Part shown: in pieces, positions 1 to 6,476 of the stretch | Position numbering within the stretch: the stretch's first letter is position 1 | Layout of the letters: every line of letters starts with the position of its first letter | Source of the DNA: Cyanobacteria bacterium P01_A01_bin.123 | Lineage (GTDB): Bacteria > Cyanobacteriota > Cyanobacteriia > Phormidesmidales > Phormidesmidaceae | DNA: 12,415 bases | Direction: 5' to 3' | NCBI GenBank assembly: GCA_039815185.1 | Contig: JBCBZT010000101.1 | Location: forward strand, 1-12,415 | Made by a program: the position numbers and the translations under genes | Notes under the pieces: model-generated | Told to the model about the DNA's origin: nothing | The model's database searches: none | Seen by the model: only the letters and a program-made list of their open reading frames with translations

Positions 1-135
1 CCCTCCCTCGCGGGAACGCCCTTGCCTTAAGCTAGTCGTTGTTGTCTCTCGGCTCCTATGATTTTCGAGCATTTGGACACTGGTTCTCCGACAGGGGACT
101 TGCACCCCATTAGTTCACGCCCGTGCCGGGCGTAC
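1..135 (-). mobile_element. 5' end (domain I) of a group II intron, class IIC-attC; continues beyond the left edge of the window
   Basis: The minus strand reads TTTGT|GTACGCCCGGCACGGGCGTGAACTAATGGGGTGCAAGTCCCC. This gives a GUGYG-like start (GUACG), a CGCCCG/CGGGCG hairpin, a GGGG-TGCAAG-TCCCC hairpin and a TTCCC-GCGA-GGGAG GNRA-capped stem (plus-strand ~3-16). It follows TTGT in the bottom strand of an attC site, the established IIC-attC target. Confidence 0.85.
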
Positions 136-222
136 ACAAAGCGTTGCACCGGAGCGGTAGGCGGACCGCTCTCTGTTTTTCGCAAATCGTTCGCCACCGC
201 CCGGTGAACTTGGTCGTTAGGA
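136..222 (+). other. attC recombination site, interrupted within R'' by the group II intron
   Basis: AC-AAAGCG-TTgCACCGG-a-GCGGT-a-GGCGGAC pairs with GTTCGCC-ACCGC-CCGGTGAA-CTTGGTC-GTTAGGA. This is an imperfect palindrome with single extrahelical bases and an unpaired spacer. The R' core GTTAGGA at 216-222 is 6/7 to GTTRRRY, and only the AC of R'' remains next to the intron. Confidence 0.85.
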
Positions 223-365
223 TTGCTTCCTCTTGCCAATTGCTTTGCTCCGAGTTACAGAATATTTTCTGTCTTTAAAGCATTCTTTCAGAGTTTCGGG
301 TTACCGTCGGTTTTTGAGTCTTACGCTATTTATAGTACCTACTGCTTCTCAAGAGACTGCTAATC

Positions 366-962
366 ATGGGCGAGCCAATTGACCAAATCGCAATACTGGA
401 CAACGCACGGCGCAGTGAGATCATCGATGTATTGGCGAATGCGTTCCGAGACTATCCAATGTTGCCGCCTGATCCAACTGGTCGAAAATCACATTTGATG
501 GCTGTCGCACTCTTAGATGCATTCGCTGGTGCACCCGATGCAACACTGTTTGGCATCTCACGCAATGGTGAATTAGCATGTGTGGCGTTCGTATTTGCTG
601 ACGGATACGAGCCGGGGGGGCTAACTTTGGCATGGTTCCTGTGGCGTATGTTGAGAGCCATCGGCTTGCAGAATTTCCGCATAATGGCTCGCATGATGTC
701 CGGGCAGCGCGGCGGCGATGAGCGACGGCTAGAACTGATGCTGTTGGGCACGCGCGGCGACTACCAGAGGCAGGGATTGGGCCGCATGATGCTACGAAAC
801 CTTTTCAATTTTGCCCGCGAACGGGATTACGCATCTGTGGTTCTCGAAACTGCCAAGCAGACTCCAGCCTTTGGTTTCTACCTACGCGAAGGCTTCAAGG
901 TAGAGAAGGAAATCTCGTTGCCGACGATGCCACTGTGCATGATGCGTCGGTCGTTAGATTGA
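366..962 (+). CDS. GNAT family N-acetyltransferase (integron cassette gene)
   Basis: 198-aa ORF with acetyl-CoA motif A (YQRQGLGRMML) and a C-terminal LET..FYLREGF motif. It starts with the LANAFRDYP helix typical of these GNATs, lies between two attC-like sites and has no HIP1. Confidence 0.88.
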   Translation: MGEPIDQIAILDNARRSEIIDVLANAFRDYPMLPPDPTGRKSHLMAVALLDAFAGAPDATLFGISRNGELACVAFVFADGYEPGGLTLAWFLWRMLRAIGLQNFRIMARMMSGQRGGDERRLELMLLGTRGDYQRQGLGRMMLRNLFNFARERDYASVVLETAKQTPAFGFYLREGFKVEKEISLPTMPLCMMRRSLD

Positions 963-1040
963 GCGAGCCGCAGCGCTTCTACTATCCCACCAATAGATTT
1001 TTGGGAATGCTCCATACTCCTCAATCCCAGTCTCGTCCCC

Positions 1041-1126
1041 CCATAACGCCCATGCACGCCGACCGCCAAAAGACGATCTGTTATGATGCAAAGCTGATCG
1101 GCGGCGGGGGATGGGCAACGTTAAAC
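1041..1126 (+). other. Degenerate attC-like site closing the GNAT cassette
   Basis: CCATAAC-GCCCAT-g-CACGCCG-a-CCGCC pairs with GGCGG-CGGGGG-ATGGGC-AAC-GTTAAAC. There is a perfect GTTRRRY (GTTAAAC) at 1120-1126, and the bulged G and A sit at the same positions as in the first attC. The left spacer is about 2 nt short and the L box has mismatches. Confidence 0.7.
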
Positions 1127-1129
1127 CAT

Positions 1130-2506
1130 CTATGGGTTTGGGATCTGAACCAACCGTGGGCCACAGCAATGATGCAACTTGACAGTAGACTGACAACTTA
1201 AAGGTGCAAGTTGAGGCGATCGCCCTTGATTAACCGCAACCCGATTCGCGATCGCCCGCGCTTTAATCTGCTGCAACAATGCCTGCCGAGCTGGGGAATC
1301 CAAGCCAGTTGCTGGATCAGTCGTGAGCGAGTCGGGGCGTTTTTGCCGGAAATAGCTGAAGTCAGAGATGTTGACAATTTTGGTCGCAAATACCGCCCGC
1401 AATAAAAACTCCGTATCGCCCCCAAAGCGCAAGCCTGTGGCAAATCCCCCCAAGCGCATCACCAGCGATCGCGCCACCAAACTCGTGGGATGCAGCAGCG
1501 GATGCCCCGGCTTAGTCAACAAAGCTTGATTCACATCCAGGGGATAGGTCACGGAATACAATTGCCCTGATGACGCCTCAACCCGAATTTCTTGGCTACC
1601 CACTAGCTCTGCCCCAGTGGTTTCAGCTGCGTGGAGGAGATGCGCCACGCGATCGCAGGTTGACCAATCATCCGCATCTTGAAACAGATACCAATCATAA
1701 TCAGTGGTTTCAATCACCTGCTGCACCAAACGGTAGGGACCCACCCGTCGCGACGATTGCAGTAAGGTTACCGTCGGGAAGGCTGAAACGATATCGATGG
1801 GCGGTTGGGGAGAGTGGTCATCGATGACAACAATGCCATCCAGCGGCTGGGTTTGGGTTGTAATGGCACGAAGACAGCGGGCCAGCCAGGGTTCGCAGCG
1901 GTAATGAGGGATGAGAGCGAGGACGCTTGGGCAAGCTGGGGAGATGGGGGGATGGGAAGATGGGGGGATGGGGAGATGGGTGGGAGATGGGATCGCGTGC
2001 CAATCAAAATCCCGATTGTCAATTTCTAAGCAATTGACAAGATCGAGCAAATGCCAAGGACAGTGGGCAAAGAGTGCTGTGATGTAGGGTTGCAGCAAAT
2101 GGCGTGAAACTACCCAGGCGTTAATGGTTTGGGGATGGGCTTGGGCTGTTTCCAGAGGGAAATTGAGCGTCGGCAGCCAGGGGGAAAGCTGTGAACGCTT
2201 TTCAAAGGCAACGTGAGCAGACGGCGGCAAGGATGGCAGCGGATCTGCCGTGACAGGCACATAGGCGATGTTTGGCGTGGCCCAGCGATTTAGACATCGC
2301 TGGAGCGTCTCGACAGAAGATGCCTGTTGCCAATGATTGGGCAGTGATTCAAACGTGATATTGGGTTGATGGAGCCAAACGATCGGCTCCTGTCGTATCT
2401 GAAGTTGTTTAACCCACTGAATTAGGGTTGGCAAATTGAGGGGATTGGGCGCGATCGCACGGCCATCCAGTAGCAGTATGGCTAGATCTGCTGCTCCTAC
2501 AGTCAC
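1130..2506 (-). CDS. Glycosyltransferase family 2 protein with an uncharacterised N-terminal region
   Basis: C-terminal GT-A fold motifs LIPHY..EPWLARCL, IVVIDDHS, FQDADD (DxD) and GGDTEF. The GTG start overlaps the upstream stop codon. Confidence 0.85.
   Translation of the reverse strand: MTVGAADLAILLLDGRAIAPNPLNLPTLIQWVKQLQIRQEPIVWLHQPNITFESLPNHWQQASSVETLQRCLNRWATPNIAYVPVTADPLPSLPPSAHVAFEKRSQLSPWLPTLNFPLETAQAHPQTINAWVVSRHLLQPYITALFAHCPWHLLDLVNCLEIDNRDFDWHAIPSPTHLPIPPSSHPPISPACPSVLALIPHYRCEPWLARCLRAITTQTQPLDGIVVIDDHSPQPPIDIVSAFPTVTLLQSSRRVGPYRLVQQVIETTDYDWYLFQDADDWSTCDRVAHLLHAAETTGAELVGSQEIRVEASSGQLYSVTYPLDVNQALLTKPGHPLLHPTSLVARSLVMRLGGFATGLRFGGDTEFLLRAVFATKIVNISDFSYFRQKRPDSLTTDPATGLDSPARQALLQQIKARAIANRVAVNQGRSPQLAPLSCQSTVKLHHCCGPRLVQIPNP
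1939..1989 (+). repeat. Tandem 8-bp G-rich repeat (GGRRGATG x6) inside the GT2 gene
   Basis: GGGAGATG GGGGGATG GGAAGATG GGGGGATG GGGAGATG ggt GGGAGATG, 51 bp in total. It encodes the Pro-rich linker IPSPTHLPIPPSSHPPISP. Confidence 0.85.
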
Positions 2507-2781
2507 CCCTTTAACTGTTGTCTCAAATCTCGAATTGCAGCGCTGGTATTACGCTCATAGGCAATTGTCATACAACGCGCGATCGCATCTTGTAGCTCAA
2601 CTTCTGGAAAATAAAGACTCTTCTCTTGAAGGGAATAGGCTGTGTCTTGTAACTGGTAAATCAGGAGCTTTTTATTGCGAAACAACCAAACCTCAGGGAC
2701 TCGATACGACAGATAATCATCAATATTGGAATAATTTGTGACATCAACTTCTAGTACCAAAGGTTCTCTGTATGCAGCCAC
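2503..2781 (-). pseudogene. Uma2 family endonuclease, C-terminal half only (probably 5'-truncated)
   Basis: LVLEVDVT...Y..YRVPEVW and SLYFP match the Uma2 C-terminal motifs. It is only 92 aa, lacks the PD catalytic motif and has no room upstream because dapF ends at 2793. Confidence 0.7.
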
Positions 2782-2792
2782 TTCATTATGCC

Positions 2793-3647
2793 TTACTCAA
2801 ATTGCCCCTCGAATACCTTTTCGGCTGGGCCAGTCATGTAAACGCGGTTATTGTCAGCAGACCATTCAATCTCCAGGGGGCCACCCGGTAGCTCAACGGT
2901 GGCGCAGCGATCGCTTTTGCCATTTAGCACTGCTGCCACCAATGCGGCACAAGCCCCCGTGCCGCAGGCCAGCGTGATACCCGCGCCCCGTTCCCAGACA
3001 CGCATTTTCAGGTAGCTGGGGCTGACGACTTCAATAAATTCAGTGTTGATGCGTTGGGGAAAGGCGCTGTGGTGTTCAAATTGAGGGCCTAGGGCTTCCA
3101 AAGCGATCGCGGCAACAGAATTCACAAACGTGATGCAGTGGGGGTTGCCCATGCTGACACAGGTGACTGACCAGGTTTGCCCCGCAACTTTGAGGGGTTG
3201 AGCCACAACTTTATCGTCGGTTGAACTTAATGTGGTGGGAATTTCTCCAGCGAGTAAACGGGGTTCGCCCATATCGACCGTGACTTGACCATCGGGTTGT
3301 AGGGTCGGGGTCATGACACCGCCCAGGGTATGTACGGGGTAGGCACGGGGCGGGCTGGGGGCATGGCCATCAGCAGTTTCTAGGGCAGCAATAAATTGGG
3401 CCAGACAGCGAATGCCGTTGCCGCACATTTCGGGTTCCGAGCCATCAGAGTTGAAAATGCGCATAGTGTAGTCTGTGCCGTCTTGCCCCGGCAGCGCAAA
3501 GATGACGCCGTCAGCGCCGATGCCAAAGTGGCGATCGCAGATTCGAATCGCATCTTCTGGGGTGATCTTTGGGTCGGGCTGTTGGCGGTTATCAATCAAA
3601 ATAAAATCGTTGCCTAACCCGTGATACTTAGTAAATGCGATCGCCAT
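2793..3647 (-). CDS. dapF: Diaminopimelate epimerase
   Basis: [39 protein letters not shown] and [16 protein letters not shown] are all present, including both catalytic Cys. An AGGGA RBS precedes the ATG. Confidence 0.98.
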   Translation of the reverse strand: MAIAFTKYHGLGNDFILIDNRQQPDPKITPEDAIRICDRHFGIGADGVIFALPGQDGTDYTMRIFNSDGSEPEMCGNGIRCLAQFIAALETADGHAPSPPRAYPVHTLGGVMTPTLQPDGQVTVDMGEPRLLAGEIPTTLSSTDDKVVAQPLKVAGQTWSVTCVSMGNPHCITFVNSVAAIALEALGPQFEHHSAFPQRINTEFIEVVSPSYLKMRVWERGAGITLACGTGACAALVAAVLNGKSDRCATVELPGGPLEIEWSADNNRVYMTGPAEKVFEGQFE

Positions 3648-3681
3648 ATGTCCCTAGTGGTTTCGTCAAAACTGCCACAGT

Positions 3682-3785
3682 TATAGCCTTAGGCACAAAG
3701 CTTTGTGCCTAAGGCGAGCCAGATTGCTTGTGTGCTGAGCATCCCAGAGCTACCCGGTGCATTAAGCAATCTGGCCAGCGCTATA
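3682..3785. mobile_element. 104-bp MITE/REP-like structured repeat, copy 1
   Basis: TATAGC...GCTATA ends, a perfect 30-bp palindrome at 3686-3715 and 12-bp inverted arms GCCAGATTGCTT (3718-3729) / AAGCAATCTGGC (3764-3775). A homologous copy lies at 11564-11667. Confidence 0.75.
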
Positions 3786-3902
3786 CTATTGTACGGGCGC
3801 TCTTGCACGGACAAGCTCTCTAAACAGCTACGAAATCCAGTTCCTGTTACCCCATCTAGAAACGTTGCAGGTAAGGAACAGCTGAAGTTTATTGATGAGT
3901 AT

Positions 3903-4478
3903 CTAAAGCAATTTTGGAATCACCGCTCCAGTTGCTTGTTTATAAGCACCATAGTGCTGACCAAAATGTGCTTGCATTAAGGCTTCTTCTTTAGGAACTC
4001 GCACCCAATACAGCAAAGCAAACGTGATGATGCCGCCGCTGCCCACCAGCCAGTTTGAAATTAATATTCCCTGAGCGATTCCCCAGAGAATATGGGCGCT
4101 ATACATGGGATGACGCAAATATCGATAAACGCCTTGGGTAACCAGAACTTGCTGGGTTTGAATTTCCGCAATGGGTGACCAGTTTTGACCCAAATCCACA
4201 TGGGAGCGCCAGAGCAGCCAAATCGCTAGCCCAAAAACACCCACACCTATCACCGACACAAAATTAGGCATCGAGTAATTTGCAAATTTAGAAATCGGGG
4301 TGAAATAGTAAATCAATGGGAGAACTTGAGAGGCGATAAACCAAAGCACCATTAAGCTCAGTTCTGGCCAGAGAATCCGAGTTGTTCTAACCTTGTGATG
4401 ATCCTTAGTTTGAACAATTCGAGTCACCCAAGCGACTAAAACACCGATGAGATAAATAAAAACAAATGGGTGTCGCAT
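3903..4478 (-). CDS. Isoprenylcysteine carboxylmethyltransferase (ICMT/PEMT) family membrane protein
   Basis: Hydrophobic helices plus LGQNWS, LVTQGVYRYLRHPMY, RVPKEE.LM..FG..Y..Y. I prefer ATG 4478 over GTG 4496 because GAGAGG lies upstream of it. Confidence 0.9.
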   Translation of the reverse strand: MRHPFVFIYLIGVLVAWVTRIVQTKDHHKVRTTRILWPELSLMVLWFIASQVLPLIYYFTPISKFANYSMPNFVSVIGVGVFGLAIWLLWRSHVDLGQNWSPIAEIQTQQVLVTQGVYRYLRHPMYSAHILWGIAQGILISNWLVGSGGIITFALLYWVRVPKEEALMQAHFGQHYGAYKQATGAVIPKLL

Positions 4479-4509
4479 GGTTAGGTTACCTCTCACAACT
4501 TTCGGAAAC

Positions 4510-4542
4510 GGTGCGCTACGACAATGCCTAACAGCAGCCTAC
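4510..4542 (-). repeat. GTAG-type REP-like palindrome
   Basis: The minus strand reads GTAG-GCTGC-TGTTA-GGCATTGTCG-TAGC-GCACC, a GTAG tetranucleotide followed by an imperfect palindrome. It is intergenic and single-copy in this window. Confidence 0.55.
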
Positions 4543-4571
4543 CGCATCGTTTACCTAAGGGCATCTACAGT

Positions 4572-5516
4572 TCATAGCGTTGCCTGGCAAATGTCTTCCC
4601 AGTGGTACCAGAGGAAGAAATGTCCCTCGTTTGGATAGGTATGAAGTTGGCTATTCGGCAGATGCTGATGTTTGTATTCTGCAAATCGATACGGAGCTGA
4701 AATATCGGCGGTACCGTGAAAAATGTGAACGGGAAAGGAAATGTCTGCAAGTTCAAAGCCCCAGGCTTGGTAGCGGAGCAGCGCGTCATAGGCAGGGCCT
4801 TCACCCCCTTGGCGAAAGGATTCACGAACAGTTTCAATCAAGAATTTGGCTGCCTCTGGTGTTGATAGAATGGCCCGATCGGCATCGCAAAAGTATTGAG
4901 ATTGGTTTAGGAGTTGAATGAAAACTGCGGGCGGGAATGCTTTCGCGACTAGCCCTAACACCGTAAACGGCACTTGAAACCAGATCGGCGCGACATTCTG
5001 GGTATTAGGATTTTGCTGAGGAATACAGCGTTCGGCAAAAAAGCGATCGACTGGGGTCATGTGAGCGCGCAACTCAGGCACCGTCACCGGAGCCCACCCT
5101 CCCAAATCGAAGGCAAAGTCCAACCGCTCTGGCCTCGTATAAGCGCAACTCAGCACCGTCACCCCGCCTCCAGAATGCCCAGTCACCCCAAAGGTATCAA
5201 ACCCGAGACTGTCCGCGAGTTCCAGAATGTCACTGGTGTAGTCCAGCAGGGTATAGCCTGGTTTGAACTCAGATTGCCCCATCCCTGGGCGATCAGGGGC
5301 AATCAAATACCAGCCATGGGCGATCGTGGCTGCTTTGGCCGACAAAACTTCTAGCCGCGAACCCGGTGAACCATGGAAGAAAAACACGGGTCGTCCGTTG
5401 GGATCTCCCACGGTTTGGTAGGCCATGCAGCGACCGTCCTTTAATTTCAAGATATTGGGCTGAGCCAATTGACTGGCATCTGTGGCTGATGGAGCAAATG
5501 TGTTCGCCAAAACCAT
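4572..5516 (-). CDS. Alpha/beta fold hydrolase
   Basis: FHGSPGSR oxyanion region, PDRPGMGQS, GHSGGG nucleophile elbow, HGTAD acid and GHF His. ATG 5516 with GAGGG upstream is preferred over TTG 5534. Confidence 0.9.
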   Translation of the reverse strand: MVLANTFAPSATDASQLAQPNILKLKDGRCMAYQTVGDPNGRPVFFFHGSPGSRLEVLSAKAATIAHGWYLIAPDRPGMGQSEFKPGYTLLDYTSDILELADSLGFDTFGVTGHSGGGVTVLSCAYTRPERLDFAFDLGGWAPVTVPELRAHMTPVDRFFAERCIPQQNPNTQNVAPIWFQVPFTVLGLVAKAFPPAVFIQLLNQSQYFCDADRAILSTPEAAKFLIETVRESFRQGGEGPAYDALLRYQAWGFELADISFPVHIFHGTADISAPYRFAEYKHQHLPNSQLHTYPNEGHFFLWYHWEDICQATL

Positions 5517-5577
5517 TATTTCTGCCCTCTGCAAACCTGTTTGTCATGGTTCTAGTGTGTCATGCGATAGGCAACCA

Positions 5578-5619
5578 CCTGCTTGACTGACAAAAGACGA
5601 CTTTTGTCAGTCAAGCAGG
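5578..5619. repeat. Perfect 19-bp inverted repeat with a 4-nt loop (possible terminator or mini-element)
   Basis: CCTGCTTGACTGACAAAAG-ACGA-CTTTTGTCAGTCAAGCAGG, 34 bp downstream of the hepT stop codon. Confidence 0.8.
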
Positions 5620-5653
5620 GGTAAATTGTTATGTCAGTTCTATTTCTGAGGTT

Positions 5654-6007
5654 TCAAATTGCTGCATCATCCAAATTCATAATCTTCTCCAACTCTATAA
5701 TCAGGAATGGCAAGTCATTTTTGATAGTATCCCAAACAACATCTTCATCAACATCCAAGTAGTCATGAACGACTTTGCTACGCATTCCAACTACTGCCTT
5801 CCAGGGAATTGTTGGATAATTAGCTCGAAAATCAGGAGATACTCGACGAGCAGCTTCACCGATAACTTGTAATAGATGCGTGAGAGATAACCGTAATAGT
5901 TCATTGTTGTCAAAATCTTTTCGCTCTAGACCTTCAACAAAGCCGATCGCTTTATTGGCTATGTCGAGCATGTGACCGATATAAACGCGATCATCTCTCT
6001 GCGACAT
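5654..6007 (-). CDS. hepT: HEPN-domain RNase toxin (DUF86/HepT)
   Basis: LQVIGEAARRVS, IPWK..GMRSKVVHDY (RX4HXY) and VVWD are present. It overlaps the upstream nucleotidyltransferase gene by 17 bp. Confidence 0.9.
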   Translation of the reverse strand: MSQRDDRVYIGHMLDIANKAIGFVEGLERKDFDNNELLRLSLTHLLQVIGEAARRVSPDFRANYPTIPWKAVVGMRSKVVHDYLDVDEDVVWDTIKNDLPFLIIELEKIMNLDDAAI

Positions 6008-6302
6008 AACACACCTCTGCTGTGGCTAAAACGCGATCGCGGATGCGGTGATTGAGGAATTTAAGGGTGACTAAATCAACCATGCGGTGATCGAATAAAG
6101 CTGATAATTCTTCCTGGATCTGATAGAGCTTTAGAAATCCAGGTGTAAAACCCGGCTCAAATTCAACCAAAACATCAATGTCGCTGTCTGCCGTGAAGTC
6201 GTCGCGCAAGACCGAACCGAACAAAGAGAGTTTATGGATATGCCACCGCTGACACAGTCCCGATATTTTATCTTCAGGAATTTTAATATTCTTGAGTTTC
6301 AT
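5991..6302 (-). CDS. mntA: Minimal nucleotidyltransferase antitoxin (MntA)
   Basis: LFGSVLRDDFTADSDIDVLVEF (GSX10DXD) and VDLVT in a 103-aa protein directly upstream of the HEPN gene. Confidence 0.9.
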   Translation of the reverse strand: MKLKNIKIPEDKISGLCQRWHIHKLSLFGSVLRDDFTADSDIDVLVEFEPGFTPGFLKLYQIQEELSALFDHRMVDLVTLKFLNHRIRDRVLATAEVCYVAER

Positions 6303-6454
6303 CTCAAATTAACTTCTAAGGCTTTTAATTGCTGGTTTATCCAAGCCCTTGCAGCCGCTTCATCGATTTCGATTGCCCGTTCTACTCCTGTTTTAGCAAT
6401 TGTTAATAGTTGTTTGGATCGCTCCTGCGCTTTTCGAGATGCTCTGACCTTTGT
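6299..6454 (-). pseudogene. hsdS: 3' remnant of a probable type I restriction-modification specificity (S) subunit gene
   Basis: My translation of the minus frame is TKVRASRKAQERSKQLLTIAKTGVERAIEIDEAAARAWINQQLKALEVNLR*, which resembles the C-terminal helix of S-subunit proteins (SKxLLxxAKxxVExAIE). The TGA (6299-6301) overlaps the mntA ATG. There is no start codon before an in-frame stop at 6482-6484. Confidence 0.65.
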
Positions 6455-6476
6455 AAGGCTTAACGGATATGAACTT

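Noticed and set aside
27..239. 70-aa minus-strand ORF
   Set aside because: It spans the attC and the structured intron 5' end and has no recognisable protein features; it is a chance frame.
949..959. GGTCGTTAG identical to the attC end at 212-220, with GTTAGAT matching GTTRRRY
   Set aside because: It lies inside the GNAT coding end, and no upstream RYYYAAC or L-box arrangement supports a third attC.
935..1201. ORFs of 63-88 aa on both strands after the GNAT
   Set aside because: They overlap the attC-like site and neighbouring genes and show no motifs.
3705..3980. Similar short ORFs at 3705-3980 and 11587-11820 (shared GALSNLASAI)
   Set aside because: The similarity comes only from translating the two copies of the 104-bp repeat.
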